The notes beneath the pieces were generated by a model, which was not told the origin of the DNA, did no database searches, and was given only the letters and a program-made list of their open reading frames with translations. 64,000 nt of DNA, from NCBI GenBank assembly GCA_965178125.1, contig OZ237739.1, forward strand, positions 1,240,001 to 1,304,000, written 5' to 3'. The DNA is from Bilabrum cf. latius (lineage: Eukaryota). Of this stretch, positions 25,801 through 35,953 are shown in pieces (the stretch's first letter is position 1; each line of letters starts with the position of its first letter). Made by a program: the position numbers and the translations under genes.

Positions 25801-28684
25801 CATTAGCAGAGAAGAAAATCACACTAGGCCTAGCACGCAGCCTGGTGCACCATTGACTGGCGGTTTAGCTGTAGATTAGCCTGTGGACGAGGACAGGGGG
25901 CACGTGGATCCAGTCGGGGCAGTGGAGGCGCCCGCTCCTAGTCTTGGCTTGCGTTCGAAGCGAGATGCTGATGCCTCGTTTCCACGTGAGGAGATCACAA
26001 ACACTGACGATGAACCGAGCGGCATCGACGATCCCAACCAGGTATAGTATTGGGTCACGGGTGGAGGGGCCAAGGATAGTGCAGCAGCTGGGTTCGGTCC
26101 GAGTGCCGCAGCGGCCGAGCCATTGCCAGGACCAGCAGCAGCCAGAAGCCCGCAGCCGCCTCCTACTGAATCAACCATCGGCTAGGATCGCAACCAGCCA
26201 CGCACTGTTATGACGCGGCAGCCCATACTCAGCGATAGCAGCCCTGTTGCTGGCGCAGGACAGTCCTGGGTATCCTCTCACCACGGCTCTGTCGCGGATC
26301 CGTTCGGGCAAGGCATGGACAGCCAGGCCGGGTTGGACGATAGCTGGCGCAAAGAGCTGCAGTCCCGGTTTGCGAACGTGTACGCCCTCGTGCAAGAGGC
26401 TGACAGGAAGGACAAAGCGAGGCTTCAGGTGTACAGCGAAGGCGATTCGGAAGCCGGTGCAGGCAACAACCCGTCTGGAGTCATCGGGGATAGCTCCGAT
26501 GCGCTTGCTGCAGGTGGCACAGCGCCTGAGCATGCAGAGGATGGCAGGGTTACAGGCCAAACCCAGTCACTTGCGTCAGAGATTGGCTCCGGAGGGCAAC
26601 CGCAGGCGATGCAGCCTGCTGGCCCTCCACAGGAACCGCACCGGCAACAGCCAGAGGGTCTAGCCCACGCTGCCAGCAGCCATGTCGAGAGGAGAGCGGC
26701 GCAGGAATAGCCGCCTTGGCCTGAGACCGGCCCATTGGAGGAGGCATCTCGCCGCTCTCGGGTCTCTCGCCTGTTTGACGCCGATGTGCAAGCTGATGGC
26801 GGTCCAAGGGTGGGGCAGCTGGACGGCCAGCAGCAGGATGGCGAACCCGCGGGTCTGCCATCCGGGGGCAGCTACGGCGCTTTAGCATCGATGCCAGGAC
26901 CGACGGCCTCGGAGTTTTCAAGAGCAAGCTATGACCATCCGTAGCATTCGGTGCTGCCGGATGATGATTCCAGAACGAGCTATGCCTTCCTTAAGGACCA
27001 TCAGCAGCACGATGATGGCCGTGCACAGCTCACATTGCAAGATCTTGGTGCTTTTGCAAGTGGGCTTGGTGAAGCAGTGCCATTAGCTACAGCAGGCTCT
27101 GGGCAGGGTCATTTGAATGGCGCTCATATCAATGGAGTGCAACCGGAGCATGACCACAGGACGGATCGTGCCGGTGCAGGTATCCCATCATCAGAGCGTT
27201 GCGACCCGAGGCCGACCAACGGGATTGGTCCGGCTTCCAGTGGTTCACAGCCCCCGCAAGTCAAGCAGATCGCTCGGGGAAGCGGGTAGAGCTACTCGCA
27301 CCAGGGTAGATCCAGGCGGGGCAGCCAATCCTCGTCGCGGGCCGACTCACGGCCAGAGTAGAGCCGCAGCCTGCAACGCCCCGACACGACATTCGGCCCG
27401 CGCTAGCCCCGCAAGAAGATGGAGGTGCTCGTGCCACAGCAAGAGGACACGTGGACCCCGCTTCCCACCCGGGTGAGGCAAAAGCTGCAGACCGTGACCA
27501 AGGACGGCGAAGCCGAGCCCATGCCGGATACAGTGCGCAGCAGGAGCATCTCAGCGGCATCGGTGCCGCGAGGCGCCGCTGGGACTGAGCCATCTACTAT
27601 TGATGACCTCATGGAGGCCATTCAAGACCTGTCGGCTGAAAAGCAGGCCAGTGACCCCACCCTGCTGGCCCTGGTGGAGGACTAGGAGGCCTAGCGACTG
27701 CTGAGGGTGAATGAGGGCCAGCTCAAGGCCCTGTATCGGTGCTACAGCACGGTCGGTATGGACCAATCCAGGGGCGGGAGCCCTGTCAGAGGCATATCAA
27801 AGTCACCGGACAGGGTTGTGCTCGCTCTTGCGTCTGCCGGTAACCGCTCCATGGTCAGCGCTAGCAGCTCCCCAGATATGAGGAGCCGCTCGAGCTCGCG
27901 AGAGCAAGCCATGGTGCGATGCGGGACCGAGGGAAGCCTGCGTCACGACGAGCTGCTTGTGGTTGAGACGGATCATGCTGGCCGAGAGACGAGGACGCTG
28001 CGGAGCCGGTCGAAGGGCAGCGGGGGCGAGCCTGTCCTGCTGTGGCGAAGGGCGCGCGTCCTGGCTCAGCTGTTTGGAATCACCCCGTCGATGGTATCCG
28101 TGGCTGAGGCTCGAGAGGCCTTCGAGCAGTCGCTGTGGCTGTGCAGAGCAGCATCACCCGGCCAGGAGCGCAGGCTTCAGACTGCCCTGCTTGCGCACCT
28201 CCATACGCCGGCTCACGGCTCTCCTGGGGATAGGCAGGGCAGGGCGCTTCGCCTCGGTTCTTTCAACTTCGGCAGGAGGCACAGCTCAAGCCGATTGGAT
28301 GCAGGGCAGGGCGGGTCCCCCGGCCGCTCGCAGTCTGTTGGGTCCATGCGTAGGAAAGGCGGAAAGGGGCGGGGGGATGCTCGCGTGCCGGAGCCGAACC
28401 TGCGCCTGGAGGGTATCGACTGGGGGTGTTTCCAGCACTGGGTACTCGAGCTGGCGCGGAGGGCGGCACGGGCGCGGGTCCAGCGGGCCACAGGAGAACG
28501 ACGAGCTGCGTCAGCGGCCGCCGAACCGATCGTGCTGCCGTCGCTGGCCGAATGCCTGGCTGCTGTGCTTCGTCGGATGGAGACGAGCGATGGGCGCAAG
28601 AGGCTGATGTCCTCAGAGGCTCGGCTGCCTAGAGTCTTGCGGCCTTTCAAGTATGCGCTGCGGCAGTCGGGAGTCGAATTCTGA
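19898..28684 (+). CDS. Giant (~2900 aa) Ser/Pro/Gly-rich, likely disordered protein with a folded C-terminal domain
   Basis: More than a dozen track ORFs share one frame. An 8.8-kb stretch has no TAA/TGA and about 27 TAGs. The C-terminal helical region (QLKALYRCYS...LFGITPSMVS...IDWGCFQHWVLELAR) weakly resembles degenerate EF-hand/p25-alpha-like domains. Start and last exon are uncertain. Confidence 0.75.
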
Positions 28685-28972
28685 AGTCGTGACTCGTGAG
28701 TCTCGTGGTACACCATCTACAGATCTGGCGAGGGGTGCGAGGGGAAACCAAAACCAAAGGTGCTGCGGCCAGGTAGTGGGCCTGGCGCCTTTGCCGGTCC
28801 TGGAGCTTTGTGCGTGGCTAAGCCCGGTGCGGCCGCAAGGTGCATCAGGGTGCACACGAGCGCGTTGACGATGATAGTCGCGCTTTTTTTTGTAGTACTT
28901 CAGGCCATATACGCCAAATGCAGGTGCCCGTGTGGATGGCCCCGCATGCACAAGACACACACATGCAACTGA

Positions 28973-28996
28973 GAAATACAGAAATACAGAAATACA
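28973..28996 (-). repeat. (TGTATTTC)3 tandem tail at the 3' end of the LINE
   Basis: GAAATACA occurs three times on the plus strand, abutting the left candidate TSD about 210 bp beyond the ORF stop. Confidence 0.7.
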
Positions 28997-29204
28997 TTGT
29001 TGGGTAAAGATTCCACAAGCACCCAGATGCACCGTTGCCCCCGAAGGAGTTCGAGTGATCACCTGAATCCAGAGGAGTCCTCAAACAAGGACTACAAGAC
29101 CCCCGACCCTTTCAGGCCAAAGGCCCCCCAATCTCAGCCTACACCGCCGAGTCCCCTTTATTCGCCATCAATGTGGTCCCCCACAAGCCCTCAGCCTGAT
29201 GCCT

Positions 29205-32200
29205 TCACAGGGAGAAAGCATACAGGTGCGGAGCATGTGCCCGGCACAAAGCGCGGTCCAGTCCCACATCAGGGTCCCCTGCCGGGACCCACCATTTCCT
29301 CCTCCATGACCGTCTCTGCGTCTCACGATCCTTCAGAGAGGCTAGCATGCACGCGCTCATGCCTTTGGCCCATTGCCTCTCTATGTCCCTTAGCAAGCCG
29401 TGGGGCTTAAACATCCGTCGCTGTAGCCGAGCGTTCGCATTGGTTGCCGCTATCAGCTCTTGCGTGGCCGTGGCGGCAAGAGCAGCCGCCGCATCGCCTC
29501 GCATCCACTGCCTGCACGTCAGCTACTCCTGCTAGCGCAGCTGGTTCCTGATCACCTGCACCACTCGGTTGGCCAGCTCCTTGACAGCTGTCCGTTCCGA
29601 TGACCGCGCAATCGTACGCTCTATCCGAGTGAGTGCGTCTTCGACGATTGGCTTGGCCCTGCTGGTGCGCTCCAGCTTCTCGTCCCAAGGGTCCTGAGCG
29701 AGAGCTGTCTTCGCCCATGCTTTCCGGAGGGAGGCAGGGGACCTCCCTCTATTCTGATCCGCATCATCGGGTTGCCACGGTCTCGTTCCGGCATGATGGT
29801 CATGCTCGGCCCGCTCCATCTGCTCTACCGCGGTGCCCATCACTTGAAGGTTGGGCGTGCCCTGTTGCGGGTATTGTCCAGCTCGGATGCGCAGAATTCG
29901 TCTTCCTTGGTGGCCGTATTCCTGCACCACCGCTGCTGTTGGCATGGCTCCTGGTCCGAAGGCATACCGTCCCTTCGTTGCGTACCGGTTAAGCATGACC
30001 ACTCCGAGCGCAGCTCTCTCCCGGTCCCAATCCGACAGTGCCGGATCGTGCGAGCATCCCAGGCTCAGGCTTGTGAACGATCGGTCAGCAGCTCCGGATT
30101 TGGATTTCCTCCACTTTGTGACTTTTTTTGCAGTCTCCTGGCATCCCAGCCAGTCCTTCGCGTCATCGATCCGGTGGGTCCACCCTGCCATCTTGATCCT
30201 GAATCCCAGTGCCAGCGCGGCCCCGAGTGGGCCTGTCTGTACTGGTGGTCCCTGCAGGAATCGGCCCTGGTGGATGAACCTGGCCGCAACATCAAGGCCC
30301 TTCTTCGAGGGACACTCGATCAGGTCCAGCAGGCCCATAGCAACACGCCCTGCTGCCGATGCCGTCAGCAGCTCAGTGTCCATCGCAAGGTTTGGCACGT
30401 ATCGACCGCCCATGGTGAAGGGCCTTACCTGTGTCGATCCGCTGACAATCATCCAGCGCGTATCCAGCAGGAATTTGTCCAGCATCTTGAGAACTTCCAG
30501 GTTCAGTTCCATCCCGTAGAAAACTTGGGAACCATATCCTAATCCTGACAAGGTGTCCCATCCTGTTGCACATGCCGCTGCCTCTGCTCCGTAGAATGCA
30601 CTCGTGATTGCTCCTGCATGGAGCAGCTGGGCGTGCAGGGAGACCGCCCAGTTGCCGTTCACCGCCGCTCGTGTGATGTCCCTGGCCGCCCGGTACGCCA
30701 TCGCAATCCTCCTGCGTACGTGGGGTGCCATATCAATTACCCAGATGTCTCTCGCCTGCGTCAGCCCAGCTACTTCATCTGGGCTGATCCGTACTGGTTG
30801 GGTCGAAATGAGTAGACCGAGGTACAGGTAGGATGAGGCAAGTGGGATGGTCCACTCCCCATCCGTCTCTCCCGCGTCCGCTGCTCTGCATGCGACGCCC
30901 TCTGGTATGTCCCCAGGAATTGAGTCCCGAGCGTAGCCAAAGGCCATGATCGCTGTCTTGGTTCCCTGGCCCGATGCTGTCAGGGGCTTGATTCCCAGCT
31001 ACATGCCCGCAAGTGCAAACAGGCTCTTGACTAGCTTCATGACCGCCACTGCTTCGTTCCAGTTCGACGTCAGTGCCACGTAGTCGTCTGCGTACCCGAC
31101 TTGTCCACATTCAACGTATCGTCCGGTGTCGGTCACGATCCTTTGATGGTGCCCGTGCTGGAGCCTCTCTTTCCGCAGCGTTTCCAGGAGAACCCCCATC
31201 AGTACCAGGAAGATGGTGGGAGACAGAATCTCGCCCTAGGGGGTGCCCGCCGTCTTCTGCACTCTGGTAGAGACCCTCCTGGTGAGTGGGTCTCGAACGC
31301 GGATGGCCACCTGCATGCGGGCCATGAGAAAGCGGACCGTCTGGCGTCCCCATCCTTGCTCCGTCATGATGGCCTCGATGATGTTCCACTTGCAACTGTC
31401 AAATGCTCCTTTGATGTCAAAGAATACCAGAAAACCTCCAGCACCCCTTCGTTGGGTAATCCATTCCATCACCGCTGAGTAGGCCTGCTGGCAGTTCTTG
31501 CCGATGCGAAATCCGGCCTAATCCTGGCCGAAGAGTCCGTGGTTTTCGCAGTACCACATGACCTTCTGGTTTGCGATGGTGCTTACGACCTTCGAGAGAG
31601 CCGAGGTCCAGCATATTGGCCTGAATTCGTCGACTCCTGTGACTCCTGTGCCCTGCTTGCGCTTGGAGACCGGCCGCATGAACCCCTCCTGAAAGGCCTC
31701 AGGCTGAATCCCCGAGAAGAGTGTGAGATTATAAATGGCCCTGAGGAGGTCCAACAGAGCGTCACTTCGCCGCAGACACCCGTCCTCCTCAGAGCATGGC
31801 TAGCATTTGGTCAGCAATTCCGCCCTGATCCCATCAGGTCCCACAGCTTTGTTGTGCTTGAGCTTGTCCAGTGCTTGATCCACCTCTGCGTTCGACCTGC
31901 AGAATAGGTTGAGCGGTGTCGCTGCCCTGGGCATGTGCGGCGCAATCCTGGCCATAAATCCGCCCACATCCGCACTTCCATTCCCACCTGCGTGAGAGAG
32001 CTGCTGTGCGTGTGCCTCTAGGATATCCTCGACGGCCGTAAGCACCTCTCCGCCTAGGTTCGTGATTGGTTCCAGTCCTGGTGCAGCTCGTTGCCTTCTA
32101 GAGATTGCATCAGCGATCTATCGGTGGGCTTCCCTCGGACTTGCTGTTCCCAGCATGTTCCGCAGTGCGTGGCCCGTCCTGCGTGCCCCTCGCTCGGTGG

Positions 32201-33656
32201 TCTCGAAGACAGCCCGTCGATCATGGTCCAGGTTGGCAAGGAGCATCGTCCAGTACTCCTGTCCCTCATGGGCCTACTGGTTCACCTCTGTGCTCCCCCA
32301 GAGTGTTGCCTGCATCCGTCCATCTAGCCCCCGCTGTCGCCCTTCGAGGCGCAGGCTGGCTCGGCGATGTGCAGCCAAGCATGTTCTGGCCTCTGAAAGA
32401 GCTTGTTCCGTGGTTGGTCCCGCGATAAGGGCCTTGAGGCTGGCATGGGCTTTTCCCCACGTTTCAGCCCATCTCGTCCGTGCCGCCCAGGTCCTGCGGT
32501 GGCGCTTGCGTGACGCTTCCACGTGCCCGGCCTGGCCGGTGTTTGTCATTTGTCGGCCTGTAACAGTCTCGGCTGCTGCCGTGAAACATCCTTGCAGAAG
32601 CAGTTTGACGGAGGACACGGCCTGCGTAACCGCTTGCCCTGCAGCCTCTCCGTCAGCCGAGGTTCCCGTCGAGCTTTTGAGGTCGCGAATTGCGTCGAGC
32701 ACACAATGAGTGATGTCGCGGACTGCACTTGTAGCCTACCCGAATTCCTTGACGTAATAGTCCCAAACCAGGCGTTCTTGCTGCACATGCATGTCGGACA
32801 CCCGTGAGTACGCTGCCCTGAAGGGGGCGTCATCGTCCTGCTCCGTTGTTGCTGGGACTGCAGTTGCTCGCGTTGCCGGGTCCTCCACTTCTGGGACTGT
32901 GACCAGCAGGTCTGCAATCACCCCCGTGTGGTCTGAATATGTGCCTGGCTCTTGAGCCACTTCACTGGACACTAGCTGCAGCTGCGCAGAAGTGGAGATG
33001 CAGATGGCATCCAGTGTGTTGCCTCCTCTGTGCGTAGGCCCGCCCCCTGCAGGTGCTCGGTACATGTCGATCATGCCCATGTCGTTCTCCAGATACCAGT
33101 CCATCTGACCAGCTCCCTCTTGGTCCCGGGCCTACGTCGGGTTGAAGTCACCGGTAACCACAAGTCGGTCCCTGGTGAAATTGCCTGCCGGTCCTTGACT
33201 CCGTCGCTGTCCAAGGGTCAGCTGGGGATCGACCACGAAAGCCTTGCCCAATACTGAGCCCCTTGTCTCTGCCCCGAGGGCAGCCCCTTGCGGTGGGTTG
33301 TAGCAGGCTATCACCGTCAGCATGCGTCGGTCGTGGTGCAGGACGTCACATACGAGGCAGTCCGGCGCATCCAGGTCATCATCTCCCATGTCTGCCCACC
33401 GTCTCAGTGCGAGGCCTGAATCTCGTTTGACGGCGACGCATACCCCGTGTGGGGCTCCGTTTCCTGCCCTCGTCTCCATCGCGTACAGGTCCGGGACGTC
33501 AGTGACGTAGCGTCCTCTAGCATCCTGTGTCTCCGTGCCAACAAACACATCGGGCATCTTGGTCTCCGTAAGGGCAACCTCCATCGCTTCGAGGTTCCCT
33601 TTGCGTCCCAGATTTTTGGTTGCAATCCTGACGTACTTGGGCGGGGTCGTGTCCAT
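29205..33656 (-). CDS. APE endonuclease-reverse transcriptase polyprotein, ~1483 aa with TAG=Gln
   Basis: APE motifs: IATKN, VGTET, GVCVAVK, ACYNPP, GDFN, PTH...TLDAI, SDH. RT motifs: KAVGPDGI, FRPICW, *AGFR, FFDIKGAFDS, GTP*GEILSP, GYADD, YLYLGL. Ten TAGs, no frameshift, ends at TGA. Confidence 0.92.
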
Positions 33657-33715
33657 GATCCTGATCTGATCCCAGCCCCCGCGAGTACCTTGGACGACTA
33701 ACCTTGAAACTGAGA

Positions 33716-33921
33716 TTGATAGGTCAGGGTTGCGTGTGGTGCGCAGCCCTAATCTGCAGGCCGTTGCTCGGATGATCCCTGGCTTTGGAGCCGCCGAGCC
33801 GAGCAAGGATGAGATGGATTCTCTCGAGTCTTTCGCCCGCAGCTGCAGAAGGGAGGAGGAGTACGAAGACGTTGTCAACCACGCTGAGACGTTGGATTAT
33901 GTTGATACGGGCTCCGATTAA
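33716..33921 (+). other. Orphan 3' coding segment, possibly the remainder of an exon interrupted by the LINE
   Basis: Protein-like frame ending TAA (…RVVRSPNLQAVARMIPGFG…DYVDTGSD). It joins in frame to 28896-28974 once the LINE and one TSD copy are removed. Confidence 0.4.
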
Positions 33922-33983
33922 TAGCAGCAAGAAACAAGCTGGCGCTTGATGCAACTCGCTGTCTTTATTCACAATAGTACTAT

Positions 33984-35750
33984 TCATCTCTCGCTACCGT
34001 CGCCTGCCGTGGCGGAGGCGGCCTGCCCACCACCAGACACGGACTTTTTGCCGGCATCACCAGCCCCTTCCTTAGCCTTCTTCCTGGCCGCCGTGCGCTC
34101 CTTGGCGGCCTCTTTCCTCTCCTTGTTCCTTTTCCGCTCATCCTCCTCGAACCTGCTGATCTCGTCCGCCATGTCCTTAGGCAGCCACCTCCTGAAGGCA
34201 GGCAGCTCCGCGGCAAACATCACGCAATGCGCCCAGCCGGCATGGGAGCCAAACCGCCCCCGAAACAGCTCCCCGACAGACTCGTACACTCGTGGAGTGA
34301 GAGACGCGGCCGCCTACAGCTCTTCGCTTGAGCGCAGGAGAGGAAGGGGGGCCTTCTTTCGACCGCGTTTTCCAACGGGAGATTGCGGCTGCTCCTGGCC
34401 CGCCTCGCTGGAGCTGGTGCTCGTAGCAGTGGCGGCGGCAGAGCCGGTTGCCTATGTCGCGCTTGCAGAGACGCTTGCTCCGCTGCTGCCTGCACCTCCC
34501 TTTTCAGCACGTGGCAGCGGCGGCAGTGTTCCCGCCCGAAAATCTCTGCACGCCATAGTCCAGACGTGCGTGTCCACGGGGACTGCGTCGCACCTGCCCA
34601 TCGAAAACAGGGCAACGCAGTCTGCCACCTTGCGACCAACTCCCACGCACTTGCACATCTCTTCCTGCACCTTGATTCTAGACTCCCTGGATACTGGCAG
34701 GGCTGCCAGAGACTCCAGGAATCGCCTGCCGCCTACTTGCACCAGGTGCTTCGCGGTGTCTCGAATGAATCGAGCACGGTATCCAAGACCGATCGCCCTT
34801 AAATCTGATTCTTCCGCAGCAGCGAGTGACTCGATCGTAGGAAACGAGTAGTACTCCTTGCCCTCGAATTCGCCAACCAAGGCGCCGTAGCGTGCCCGGA
34901 GCCGAGCAAGGATTAAATTAATCCTCGGGATGTTGTTGTTGGATGAGCAAATGAACGAAAACAGGCATTCGACGGGGTCCTGCCGCAGCACCCGCAACCC
35001 AGGCAGGCTGGCTCCAAGCACTTTATGCCGCTCGTCTGCTGCGGCCCACTGCTAGTTCAGGGATTCCATGACGTCCACAGCCGCGCTTGTACCGCTGCCG
35101 CCGCTAACGGCAGAGGCGGACCCACTGACAGAATCCGCGGGTAGCTCGTCATACTGCTAGAATGCAGTCCTTGCACTTCCAGGCAACACCTTTGGCAGTT
35201 GGTCTGGGAATACCTCCCCAATTCGAAACTGACGTCGTAGTGCAGCTCCCGCGAGATCAGTTTCGCCGGCAATCACACACATTTCCATGCCATAGCCACC
35301 ACGAGCAGTTCGGATTCGAACTAAGCTATGGGTCTGTCCTGCAGCAGCTGGAGCACCCTCTAAGTGTCGCACTACGCCAGTGTACTCGATTGGTTGGAAC
35401 ACAGAGCCTTGAAGGGTGCTGCTGTCAAGCCCAGATAGTGCAACAAGAGCGCTCTCAGCTCGGGAATTGGTGAGTACGCCTATAGCCTTAGGCGATACAC
35501 CGACTATAGCACTATCAGCCGTGGTTTTACGTCGTTTCGATGGAGATCCAGGCGGTTGTGCGCCCTGTCTGGGCCGCTTAGCGCCTGCTTGCGGAGCTGA
35601 ATCCACCGCGGCACCGCGGTTCCAGCCAAACACCTGGCCGCACTCGAGTGTGAGGAGCACGGACAGCAACCCGCAGGTTGTAGATCCTGGAACTACCTGC
35701 CAAGGTTTGCCATGTGGCGACGACATTCCAGAGCTGGCGGAAGCACACAT
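33984..35750 (-). CDS. OGG1: 8-oxoguanine DNA glycosylase/AP lyase
   Basis: TLECGQVFGW, GLRVLRQDPVECLFSFICSSNNNIPRI, GLGYRARFI, HhH-GPD GVGRKVADCVALF...PVDTHVW with catalytic Lys and Asp, AGWAHCVMFAAEL. Three track ORFs join across TAGs. Start is 35750 or 35843. Confidence 0.93.
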
Positions 35751-35953
35751 TTCGGCTGCAGCTCCCGCGCCTCCAAGCCGGCGCACGTTGAAAAGAATAG
35801 ATTTACAATGTTGACTAGTCGACCGAATACGAGTAATTATCATTCAATACTAGGAAAAAATTAGACTCAAGTTGTGGAACATTCGTTCATTGTCAGCGAA
35901 CCCCGAGACGCCGGCGCCGGCGGGCAGCATTCTGAAGCATTTAAGAAATCCCC

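Larger units (their letters stand above)
28967..33715 (-). mobile_element. Non-LTR retrotransposon (LINE, single APE-RT ORF, RTE-like architecture), apparently intact
   Basis: APE and RT domains in one ORF, short tandem-repeat 3' tail, and direct repeat AACTGAGA at 28967-28974 and 33708-33715 as a candidate TSD. Confidence 0.88.

Noticed and set aside
33657-33878. N-terminal extension or ORF1 of the LINE suggested by track ORF 33132..33878
   Set aside because: It has no ATG before 33656, crosses the candidate TSD, and is antisense to a more protein-like plus-strand segment.
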